DNA of 64,000 nucleotides from Trypanosoma brucei. Taxonomy: Eukaryota. The notes beneath the pieces were generated by a model. That model was not told the DNA's origin. It worked only from the letters and a program-made list of their open reading frames with translations, and searched no databases. A program made the position numbers and the translations under genes. Of this stretch, positions 55,576 through 64,000 are shown piece by piece (within the stretch, counting starts at the first letter, position 1; the number at the start of each line of letters is the position of its first letter). The stretch spans positions 640,001 through 704,000 of the forward strand of contig CP000069.1 in assembly GCA_000002445.1 (NCBI GenBank), written 5' to 3'.

Positions 55576-56316
55576 ATGGCATTTCGTAACACTTTCACAA
55601 CTCCAGGAAAGTTTTCAACCGTTTCCAAGAGCATAGTTTTGCTACTGATTTGGCGCGTGAAAGTATTTTTACGTGCCGAGGGCTTTGCTCATTCATTAGT
55701 GATGTTGCCGGTTTCTCTTTACAGTAAAATTTTGTTATGTGACGTTAAAAAAGAAAATTGTCTACTTCCATTGTTGTACGAGGAAAAAGTAAGAAGCATG
55801 TTACGTCGCTGCCCCTGTGTGTGGCCTGATGGACCCACGAAGAGTAGTGTGTCCATTGGAACAGCCTTCACCCTGCAGAAACGTTTTTTGAAAATAGCAA
55901 AATCTGCGTTCGGGTTCTACCTCGCGCGTCGTGGGCAACGGAAGTATCCATTTCTTCGGAGACCTCATATTAAAAATACCCACTCAATGAATCCGAGTGC
56001 CCCGTACTTTTGGAGCTTTATGACAGCCAAAAGTCAAATGGCCTTTCTGCCGGAAGAAAACTACATCACAGGTGACTGGACAGGGAAGTTCTTTGTGTCG
56101 AAGCGTCAGGTGTACACCCTTCAACACGCTACTAGCGGAGCAAAGGTACGGGTAAAGTCGTTTCCTTCAATTTTTGAATTTAATAGTCCATCCCGTTGGA
56201 ATATTGGCAAAGAGATGAACACACTTACTAAACCTCGCATGGATCTCATCGATGAGCAAATGTTGACGAAGAAGCAAAGACTGGATTACGTTCGGGCCGG
56301 TTTGCTGCCCAAGTAA
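55576..56316 (+). CDS. Hypothetical protein, 246 aa, basic. An internal MLRRCPCVW may be the true start of a mitochondrial protein.
   Basis: ORF on the polycistron strand. Basic composition. No domain recognised. Confidence 0.35.
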   Translation: MAFRNTFTTPGKFSTVSKSIVLLLIWRVKVFLRAEGFAHSLVMLPVSLYSKILLCDVKKENCLLPLLYEEKVRSMLRRCPCVWPDGPTKSSVSIGTAFTLQKRFLKIAKSAFGFYLARRGQRKYPFLRRPHIKNTHSMNPSAPYFWSFMTAKSQMAFLPEENYITGDWTGKFFVSKRQVYTLQHATSGAKVRVKSFPSIFEFNSPSRWNIGKEMNTLTKPRMDLIDEQMLTKKQRLDYVRAGLLPK

Positions 56317-57470
56317 GATTTTCCTCATTCTTCATGTTTGTGTGCGGGGGCATATTTTTGTGTGGTGCCATGGACTCTCACTTGCTATAGGGGCCATTTT
56401 TTTTTTTTTGCTATCCTTCTATCGATATCGTCCCTTTACCTCTGCGGTGCGCTATGTAAGCAGTGTGTCTCAGGGCGAGGACCCACCGCCTGCCCCTCTA
56501 CCCCGGCGGAATTCTTACTACTCATTTTGGGGAAGTGGGTGCGCCCGTTTGTTAGTGTGACTATGGTTCTTCTGATACGTTGTGAGTGAAAAATTCTTCA
56601 GACTGAGTTATTACCTCTTTAGAGGTGGGAACGAAGAGGGGAAAGATGCCTATGTCCGTGATGAGGTGATGGTACATAAGACAAGTAAATCTTCCCAACC
56701 TCTGGTGTTTACGATATAGGGGTACCGCGGCTAGTTGCCCCTTCAAAGGGACTACGAAAACCCAAAAGAAGTCACGAAACATGGCTATTTCTCCTTGTAA
56801 GCCCGGGTGTTTCGCTAGGCAAAGGGAAAATATCAACGATTGTGTCGTGTTAGCTGCATCGGGCATGTAGCTGGGTTGTGGACAGCGTTGCATCTGGATA
56901 TGTGAGCTATCCAAGCGTGCATCCGACAACGAGGGACTGGCGCCCTCTGATTGCCAGCGCTGGGTGCATGCCATTACCCAACGTTGGTGTGTTGGACTTA
57001 GGGAGGGACGAGTATCGTTGATACCGAGGGGAGGTTAACCCTTGAGGGTGTCGGGGTAGTGTCATTGGATACCAGTTATGTGTGTATGCTCGGCTATAAG
57101 CGTTTTTTTGTGATTGTATGGCATGCGAAGTGTCTTTTACACGTGGCCTTTGTGCATTTTCCATCGTACTGTATTAGTTGTCGGAACCTCACTATTGTGT
57201 CCACTGACAGTCACTATCGGGAGATGGGCATATCGAGGGTAAGGGATGGTTCCAGCATTGTTTCTGCTTCTTGGCTTGCTGGCTAGCACGAGGGGTCGGT
57301 ACTACCAGCAACTTTTCATAAGTGACACCAGGTGCGGAGCATCACCACAACTTTTTTAAATAAAAGAAAACACGTTTTACGAGGGGTGTAGGGCGTTTTG
57401 TTAACCGTGCGGAGCTGCTGTCTTTGTCTCTCTTCATCATTCTACTATTTAAATAGTGCGGTAGCTTACT

Positions 57471-58334
57471 ATGCTCCGTGTTGTGTCAAGGAAAATTTGT
57501 ACTACTATTGTCCGACGTTGCCGTGGGGGTTCCGTCTTAGAGGAGATATTTGCAGAGCTTGCTGCTTGCGATGTAGCCCAACGGAGCGCGCAACCCACGC
57601 CACAAGTTGATTTCGCTCGGAGGGAGAAATGCAGAGGTGATTTTAACTCCGGAGCAGGCAAATGCAATGCCGTTACATCTCCTGGGCGATCTCCGGAATC
57701 TGAAGATAGGGACATTCGGGCGGAAACATCAAAGCAGAAACATCTCCAGCGCCAACTGCAGGAGGTGTGGGACCGAGTAGCGATGGCGAAGGTGGAAGAA
57801 GAGAAGGAGGAAGGGGTGCGGCGTCGCTCCCGTTACGTAGTTTCACCTCCTGCCATTCTACATCACTCAACAGCAGAGCTTGTCCAAGAGAACTCTCCGC
57901 AGCATTTCGTTCCTGCGGAGGATTCTTCAGGGAAACTTTCAGCCCTTCCCCATGTAGAGTCACCAGGCAGTGTTGCGGTCGTCACGCTTGTGGGGCGGGT
58001 TCTTTCAGCGGTTGGATCACACGGCAGTAGTGAAACCTCGAGGGATGACCGAGATCTGTTGACAGACGAAGACGAATTACACGCACGCTTTCTAGTCGAG
58101 TACAATGTGCCGTTCCGTACGTTGAAGCCCGTTGTTGTTCAAGTGCGCTGCTATGGCGCCACCTTGCTGTCTTTCGCTGAACGTTACGTGAAGAAAGGTG
58201 ATGTGGTGCATGTGTTGGGGCATGTACTGCCTCTGGAGGTGCGTTCTCCTGAAGACCCTGTGCTTTGTGTTTGTGCGCTTCCATTTGGGGGTAACGTTTC
58301 CGTTGTGCTGGGGACTGAGTGTGTCGCCGAGTAG
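57471..58334 (+). CDS. Hypothetical protein with a mitochondrial-type presequence (MLRVVSRKICTTIVRRCRGG) and a C-terminal domain that looks like an OB-fold/SSB-type domain.
   Basis: The C-terminal …SVAVVTLVGRVLSAVG…RFLVEYNVPF…VVVQVRCYGATLLSFAERYVKKGDVVHVLGHVLP… resembles the bacterial/mitochondrial SSB pattern …VILVGNLG.DPE…W…VV.FGKLAE…L.KGS.VYIEG.L…. Confidence 0.4.
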   Translation: MLRVVSRKICTTIVRRCRGGSVLEEIFAELAACDVAQRSAQPTPQVDFARREKCRGDFNSGAGKCNAVTSPGRSPESEDRDIRAETSKQKHLQRQLQEVWDRVAMAKVEEEKEEGVRRRSRYVVSPPAILHHSTAELVQENSPQHFVPAEDSSGKLSALPHVESPGSVAVVTLVGRVLSAVGSHGSSETSRDDRDLLTDEDELHARFLVEYNVPFRTLKPVVVQVRCYGATLLSFAERYVKKGDVVHVLGHVLPLEVRSPEDPVLCVCALPFGGNVSVVLGTECVAE

Positions 58335-58524
58335 GGAGACCAAAAACGATAGCAGAGAGGAGCAACCTAAGAAACACTCATTTGATCACCTATTCTTTTA
58401 TTTTTGTGGGCCAGAGGGTGACGTATTCTTCCCTCTTTCCGTCACCCTTCTAAATGAGTGATAGTTGTAACAAGTAATAACGAAGGTAAAATATTCGACG
58501 AGCCAACTGTATTCAAAATCCTAC

Positions 58525-59142
58525 TTGAAAGAAAAGAAGCAACACGCCATGCCCAAGGTTCTCGTTCCCATTGCGGAGGGAACTGAAGACATTGAACTGT
58601 CTTGCATAACGGACATTTTGCGTCGTGCTAACTTCCAGGTTACCGTGTCGTCCGTTATGGAGTCTACAACCGTTCGCTTGTGCAGGGGCCTCGTACTTAT
58701 CGCTGACTCATTGATTAAGGATGAGTCTGGCGAAGGGTATGATGGCGTTTTTCTTCCCGGTGGTTTACCTGGTGCTGACTACCTTGGGAAAAGTGTGGCT
58801 CTCAAAAAGATCCTTGAGGATGTCCGTGCCGCAGGGAAATGGTACGGAGCCATCTGTGCCTCGCCCGTGGTTTCATTCGAGCCCATGGGTTTGCTGCGGG
58901 ATGTCAAGACTATCACGTGTTACCCCGGATTGAAGGACAAAGTCCCCTCGCATGTGCAGTGGAGTGCAGACCCTGTCGTTCGCTGCGGCAAGTGCTTGAC
59001 GAGCATGGGACCTGGAACAGCAATTGCATTTGCTCTTTCGATCGTTACTGTTCTCGCGACGAAGGATATTGCGGAGAAACTGGCGAAGGACCTGCTTGTT
59101 TACGACAGCCCCGTGATTAATCAAATGTTCAGTAAGTTTTAG
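58525..59142 (+). CDS. DJ1: DJ-1/PfpI (ThiJ) family protein.
   Basis: KVLVPIAEGTEDIELSCITDILRRANFQVTV…YDGVFLPGGLPGADYL…KWYGAICASPVV (nucleophile-elbow Cys in AICASP)…VRCGKCLTSMGPGTAIAFALSIV matches the DJ-1/PARK7 consensus. Confidence 0.8.
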   Translation: MKEKKQHAMPKVLVPIAEGTEDIELSCITDILRRANFQVTVSSVMESTTVRLCRGLVLIADSLIKDESGEGYDGVFLPGGLPGADYLGKSVALKKILEDVRAAGKWYGAICASPVVSFEPMGLLRDVKTITCYPGLKDKVPSHVQWSADPVVRCGKCLTSMGPGTAIAFALSIVTVLATKDIAEKLAKDLLVYDSPVINQMFSKF

Positions 59143-59806
59143 GAATTGCTGCATGTGTGGTGGGTGCTACCTGACCATGCACGGGTGCTGCCCATACCCA
59201 CAAAACCACGGAGTAAATATCTGCATATATTTGCATTTCAATCGCTACTTCCAGTTTCAAGAGGTGAGAGTACAATACAAGAAAAAAGAAGGGTACCATG
59301 ATGGTGCGAACTTTGCATGGATGGAGGCGGGGGGTACGTGGTTTATGTGTAGGGAAAAAAGTATTTTTTATTGATTAAAACGTGTGTATATGAGGGAATT
59401 GGAGTATGTAATTGCACGTGGTGCCTATACACTGCTTCCTTTTACCCACTTCGCGGAGCCTATAGGACGCTGAATTCTTTTTGAGTATCCATACTTGTCC
59501 CATTGTACTTCTGCTGCGTCGTTTATTATTCCGCTTGGCGCTTGCAATATTCCAAATCCTAACGTTGCCTTTGACCTACCTATTTGCTGCCCCATTGGAA
59601 AAAAATTGATGTGCGCAAACACATACACATACACGTACATAAATATATGTTCTGTGCGCAAAAGAAAAACAAGATAAAAAGGGAGAAAGGAAAGAAAAAA
59701 TAATACTAAATCAATTATCAAGGGATTTGAATCCTCAAAGAAGGGTATCTGTTCACCCCAACTGGAAAATAAAAAGGTTGGTACGAGGGGTGGCTGGTGG
59801 TTCCGG

Positions 59807-62800
59807 ATGGAAGGTTTGTTTATTCGGGTTGTGTCGGGTAGCCCTAGGCAGAGACATTCGGATGTTGAAAATACAACACCCGAGTACACCATCCTATGTG
59901 CTCAGACGCCAAATGCAGCGGATCGCATCACGCAACTGATGAACCGCTTCCGAACGTCTACCGAGGCAAGCTCTACTCAAACCATGATCTACCTCCTTCA
60001 GACGTGTGTTGGGACAGATGTACCACCCGACGAGGTGGAGAACATAGTGGAGACATTGGTAGGGTTCGCAAACGAGCATCCGATGTGGACAGACACCATC
60101 CAGTGGATCTGCGCCTTTGTACACTATTACTGCACCGACGAGTTCACCGTTTCTCTGTTTTCTGAATTTGAAGTGCCTTCCGTCGCGGTTCGAGCACTGA
60201 AGGAGGCACCACAAAACAGCCATCTCGTACTTGCTGGATGTACCCTGTTGTCGCACTTCAACCTATATCCTATTGGAGACGGAATATCTCAGCTGACGCG
60301 CGCTCTCTCTATGCACAGCAAGGATCCCTTGGTATGTAAAGCGGCGTGCCGTGCTCTCGCTGAGTTTACATCGTACGTTGTTGAGGCTCCGAATCTTTAT
60401 GTCACGGCGAATAAGGAATTTGTTGGGGCGGGTGGCATTGACGTTCTCGAAAGTGTATTGCATGAACAAATAGGCGACGAGGAGACAACTCGATACGTGG
60501 CTCGAATTGCCGCTAACGCCATAGGTTCAGGGGAGCCGAATACTTTGGAGCCGGATTTCAAGGTTGTAATGTATTTGGCGGAGGCACTCGAACGATATTC
60601 CGATTCAGAGCAGCTCTGTAGCTGTACTCTGCGTGTCTTTAGCGTTTTTCCGTCTTCACCGTATGTTGACATGAACGCTATAGCATCGTTATTTAAAAAC
60701 ACCGAGTCGGAGGCAGTTGCTATAGAAGCTATTCACTTCCTATGCAGTGTGGCGATGAGTGTGAAGACTCTGAAGCAGCTAATTCATACAACTGGTTGCG
60801 TGCAGCGGGTGCTGGAGGTTATGCGGAAGTATGCGGGAAATGCTTCGATACAGGAGTACGCCTGTAGTCTGCTATCATACCTTTCTTTTGACTCCGAGAC
60901 GATAACCTCTTTCATAACGGATGCGAATGGCATCATTCTCGTCCTTGCAGCAATGCGAAACTTTCCTGAGTCAGAGGACTTGCTTGTTTCTGCTTGCGCT
61001 GCTCTAAGTGGCTTGACGTTTAACAATCTCAAGGGCCAAGAGGTTATCGTCTCGGAAAAGGGCGTTGCTCTGATTCTGGAGGCGATGGGCCGCGGGAAAA
61101 GTGCTCGACTACAAGACAACGGCTGCCTGGCGCTTGGGACCATGTGCTGGAACAGTGATTTGAAGGCCGACGTGATACGCTACGGCGGCGTGCAGATGAT
61201 CATGAGGGCACTGGCGGCGCATTACACAAACGCTGGTCTTGTAAAAAATGCATGTCGTGCTTTGGCGCAAGTTGCTTTTAACTGCGAGGCCTACCGTGAT
61301 GACATGCACGCAAGCGGAGTTATACCACTGATTATGAAGGGAATGGCTGAGCACCCGAACTATGACCGTGTGCAAATGCACGGTTGTGTGGCTTTGTCTT
61401 ACCTTTCCTGGAATAATGAGCAGAATTCTGCGCAGATAATATCGAACAACGGTTATGCTGTTATCATTAACGCGATGCGAAACCATGCACATAATGCTGA
61501 AGTTCAGGAGCATGCTTCGCGTGCTCTCGCAAACATTGGGGGAGTCCGCTCGGATGAGCTCACACCAGCATTGGAGTTAATAATTGGGGCTATGCGGCGT
61601 CATGAACATGTGAGTGAGGTTCAGGAGGAAACTTGTCGTGCCATAGTCACCCTCTCACTAATTTCGACGTCTTACAAAGATAAACTGTTTGAGCTTGGTG
61701 CTGCCGAATGTGTTGTGACTGCTATGCACAACTTTCCATCTACCCAAGTGGTGCAGCAGGAAGCATGCAACGCGTTGGCTCACCTTGCATACGAACACGC
61801 CAATCTTAACCGAGCAGTGACAGAACTCAGTGGAGTGGAGGTACTTTTGAGAGCGATGAAGACGTACGTAAATGTGCCAAAAATACAACTAAATGCGTGT
61901 GGAGGCCTTAGCGCCCTAGCTTTTGACAACACCATAGCACAGAAGCAGATCTACGACCTTGGGGGTGTAGCGTGTATCATACGAGCCATGGAGAACTTCG
62001 AGCGGCTGCGCATGCTGGAGTTGGGTTGTTCTGTGCTCGGGACGCTTGCATGGAACTCTGAGATAAAGGAAAGCGTTGCCGTGGTGGCAATCCCTGAAAT
62101 TCTGAAGGCTATGCGAGTGCATCACGACAGCCCACTACTCCAAAAATCTACGTGCCGTGCAATTTCCCAGTTCGCGTTTAACTCGGAGAGTAATCGTAAA
62201 CTACTGGCCGAATCTGGCGCCATACCGTTAATCGTCCTTGCCATGCGCACACACGTTACCACAGACAAGCTTCTCGTGCACGGAATAAAGGCTTTGACAT
62301 ATCTCTGTTGGGAGAATTCCCAGGTCGCAGAGGCTATCATTAGTGAGGGTATCGAAGAGGTTCTCCAACACGTTATTGACACATATCCGGCGTCTACACG
62401 GGTTTATGGTGAAGCTGCCCATCTATCCAAGATTCTTTTCCGCAAAGTTACGGGCAGCCCAAACCCGAGTGTACGCGTCTATTCCCCACCGGTATTCTCG
62501 CCTGTTTCCGTGTCACAGACCCCGGGGTCTGCCGTCACTCGCACAGATACCGCCATGTTGCTGAGCCCACCCTTGCGGGACGCGTCCGATGTTGGGCATT
62601 TTTACGGTCGCCACTCAGATACAGGCCGAAAGGATGATTGGCATCCCGCTGAATATCAGAAGTCTCCGAAACTAGAGCACCAGCAACAAAGACAGCAACA
62701 TCAACGAAACAACCGTGGGGATAAGGAGACACAGGGACCCGGTGAGACGAGGGGTGAAATTGACGGAGCGGGTCGCAGGCGCCGCAACCGGCGTCGAGGA

Positions 62801-63193
62801 GGAGGAGGAGGAGGAGGGGGGGGCGGTGGCCGCTTTGACAGACCCCCCAATCAGTGCGAACCCCCAGGCGCACTCGTTCGTGATTCCCCCGAACGTCGCA
62901 CCGAAGTTCACAATACCTGGTCCCCGCGACGGGACGGTGGGTCTTCTCGTCCGCTGTCTCCTGACGACCTATGGGATGACCCCCACCCGAGCACATACCA
63001 TGGGAATCGTGAGCTCGGGAATCTCAGCTGGCAGCAGGTGCAGCTTACTCGTCAACAGGAGGAGCGACACGTGACTTCAGGCGATAGGTCATATCGTGGA
63101 GGGGGAGGTGGGGGACGGGGTGGAAGAAGGTATCCAAACCCGCGAGGTAATGCCCCTACTCGTGGACGTGGTGATAGTAGAAGGTGCCAGTAA
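59807..63193 (+). CDS. Large armadillo (ARM) repeat protein, 1128 aa, with a C-terminal Gly/Arg-rich (RGG/poly-Gly) low-complexity tail.
   Basis: Repeated about 42-aa ARM-like units over residues about 100-850 (…ACRALAQVAFNCEAYRDDMHASGVIPLIMKGMAEH…, …ACNALAHLAYEHANLNRAVTELSGVEVLLRAMKTY… and others). Tail …GRRRRNRRRGGGGGGGGGGGRFDRP…SYRGGGGGGRGGRRYPNPRGNAPTRGRGDSRR, encoded partly by (GGA)n at about 62796-62820. Confidence 0.6.
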   Translation: MEGLFIRVVSGSPRQRHSDVENTTPEYTILCAQTPNAADRITQLMNRFRTSTEASSTQTMIYLLQTCVGTDVPPDEVENIVETLVGFANEHPMWTDTIQWICAFVHYYCTDEFTVSLFSEFEVPSVAVRALKEAPQNSHLVLAGCTLLSHFNLYPIGDGISQLTRALSMHSKDPLVCKAACRALAEFTSYVVEAPNLYVTANKEFVGAGGIDVLESVLHEQIGDEETTRYVARIAANAIGSGEPNTLEPDFKVVMYLAEALERYSDSEQLCSCTLRVFSVFPSSPYVDMNAIASLFKNTESEAVAIEAIHFLCSVAMSVKTLKQLIHTTGCVQRVLEVMRKYAGNASIQEYACSLLSYLSFDSETITSFITDANGIILVLAAMRNFPESEDLLVSACAALSGLTFNNLKGQEVIVSEKGVALILEAMGRGKSARLQDNGCLALGTMCWNSDLKADVIRYGGVQMIMRALAAHYTNAGLVKNACRALAQVAFNCEAYRDDMHASGVIPLIMKGMAEHPNYDRVQMHGCVALSYLSWNNEQNSAQIISNNGYAVIINAMRNHAHNAEVQEHASRALANIGGVRSDELTPALELIIGAMRRHEHVSEVQEETCRAIVTLSLISTSYKDKLFELGAAECVVTAMHNFPSTQVVQQEACNALAHLAYEHANLNRAVTELSGVEVLLRAMKTYVNVPKIQLNACGGLSALAFDNTIAQKQIYDLGGVACIIRAMENFERLRMLELGCSVLGTLAWNSEIKESVAVVAIPEILKAMRVHHDSPLLQKSTCRAISQFAFNSESNRKLLAESGAIPLIVLAMRTHVTTDKLLVHGIKALTYLCWENSQVAEAIISEGIEEVLQHVIDTYPASTRVYGEAAHLSKILFRKVTGSPNPSVRVYSPPVFSPVSVSQTPGSAVTRTDTAMLLSPPLRDASDVGHFYGRHSDTGRKDDWHPAEYQKSPKLEHQQQRQQHQRNNRGDKETQGPGETRGEIDGAGRRRRNRRRGGGGGGGGGGGRFDRPPNQCEPPGALVRDSPERRTEVHNTWSPRRDGGSSRPLSPDDLWDDPHPSTYHGNRELGNLSWQQVQLTRQQEERHVTSGDRSYRGGGGGGRGGRRYPNPRGNAPTRGRGDSRRCQ

Positions 63194-63683
63194 GTTTTTT
63201 TTTTTCGGATGATGCTACGATATTGGGCGTCCCTGTCAAACGCTTTTTTTTTTGTGTGCTCGCGTTCGGTCAGCCTGAGAAGGAGCGGGGGAGGGAAAGG
63301 GGGAAGGGTGTAAGGAGGGAGGAATTGGATGGAGGGGCAGGATTCTTTTGGGCAGCCGTAATTAAGCCACTCTGTGTGAAACTGATCGCTTCTTTTGGCA
63401 CAGCAGGCATACATGTTAATTTTTCTCTATTTTTTCCCTTGTATTCGGTAAGAGGAGAAGGAGGCGGCTGGCGAGCCGCTCGTTTTGCCTCATGTTTCAC
63501 TCTGCTGTCGTACAACTTTGATCGATCTGACCGCCTCTTTGGCGTACCTATTTTTCTTTTTTGTGTGTGTGTGTCCCTTGGTTCGTTGTATACTTTTCTT
63601 TCGGTTCTATCTCCGTGCGACTCTAATTGCTGTTTCACTTTCCCCTCCGATCTCTTCTAGGAATACTAGGAGGAAAGGACATC

Positions 63684-64000
63684 ATGAGCGTACCTGAGTG
63701 GGCAAGAAGTGAGCATTCCATTGAGGAGGCTAAGGAATATTTGCGGACGGGAAATTCAGTGGACTTCTTCGAGTTAGTTTCGAGCCACATCCTCCGAGAA
63801 CACCCCCTGGATGTTGCGGCCTTTGCCCTGGATCTAGTAGAACGTATTTCAAAGTTAGGGAACACTCTTTCAGCCCGCGATTATCACCCTAAGAGGGTAG
63901 AGGATAATAAGTACCTGCAGGAAAAGAATGTGTGCGAATTCCTTAACGAGTGGATATTGGCCCTTTTGAAAGAGCGCCCAGACACGGACGAGGCTCGTAT
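63684..64000 (+). CDS. Partial CDS running off the window end, at least 105 codons (MSVPEWARSEHSIEEAKEYLRTGNSVDFFELVSSHILREHPLDVAAFALDLVERISKLGNTL…). The N-terminus may be an RIIa/DPY-30-like dimerisation-docking helix pair.
   Basis: ATG at 63684 after a polypyrimidine tract (63540-63660). Open to the window edge on the polycistron strand. Not in the track because it has no stop. The RIIa resemblance (…VDFFELVSSHIL..HP.DV..FALD…) is weak. Confidence 0.35.
   Translation, partial: MSVPEWARSEHSIEEAKEYLRTGNSVDFFELVSSHILREHPLDVAAFALDLVERISKLGNTLSARDYHPKRVEDNKYLQEKNVCEFLNEWILALLKERPDTDEAR

Noticed and set aside
1-64000. A prokaryotic-style defence or other operon system (CRISPR array, restriction-modification, toxin-antitoxin, phage island).
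   Set aside because: The window is eukaryotic (kinetoplastid) chromatin: polycistronic, intronless, with spliced-leader-type spacers. No direct-repeat/spacer array, no Shine-Dalgarno-coupled operon, and no phage or defence protein families are present.

Overview
This window is not prokaryotic. It reads as a nuclear chromosome segment from a kinetoplastid, most likely an African-trypanosome-like Trypanosoma. The evidence is long intronless ORFs packed head-to-tail on one strand, AT-rich low-complexity spacers with (TA)n and (ATA)n microsatellites, polypyrimidine tracts upstream of each ORF, and several kinetoplastid-style mitochondrial presequences (MLRR/MFRS).

Organisation: a minus-strand polycistronic unit runs from position 1 to about 46.0 kb. 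A roughly 4-kb divergent strand-switch region with no real ORFs follows (46.0-50.0 kb). A plus-strand polycistronic unit runs from 50.0 kb to the window end.

Genes I can support on the minus strand:
- a partial LRR protein
- NatB auxiliary subunit (NAA25/MDM20-like)
- an ALG14-ALG13 fused UDP-GlcNAc transferase
- CBP20
- an LMBR1-like membrane protein
- an SF3b2/SAP145-like splicing factor
- a degenerate AMP-binding (ANL) family protein
- BBS2
- an STE-group protein kinase
- a cytochrome b5 / b5-reductase fusion
- RRS1
- histidyl-tRNA synthetase
- PI-PLC
- two tandem RPS30 copies
- a NudC-like CS-domain protein
- an MhpD/FAH-like hydratase
- CDC16/APC6
- several hypothetical proteins

Genes I can support on the plus strand:
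- GrpE
- DJ-1/PfpI
- a large armadillo-repeat protein with a Gly/Arg-rich tail
- several hypothetical proteins with mitochondrial-looking presequences
- a partial RIIa-like ORF at the window edge

No CRISPR array, operon-style defence system, rRNA or convincing tRNA was found.

The most unusual signals:
1. A 236-237-bp repeat present in two identical inverted copies 14 kb apart, one inside the minus polycistron and one inside the strand-switch region. It carries what looks like the conserved 5' signature of trypanosomatid ingi/RIME/L1Tc/SIDER retroposons, a region reported to act as an HDV-like ribozyme/promoter.
2. A 6.1-kb gene-free AT-rich low-complexity block inside a polycistron, with alternating strand-composition polarity.
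3. A 3.8-kb ORF-free stretch in the plus unit.
4. Mirror-image GT/CA strand asymmetry across the divergent strand-switch region, as expected for bidirectional Pol II start regions.
5. Long homopolymeric G-runs that lie on the sense (RNA) strand in five of six cases.
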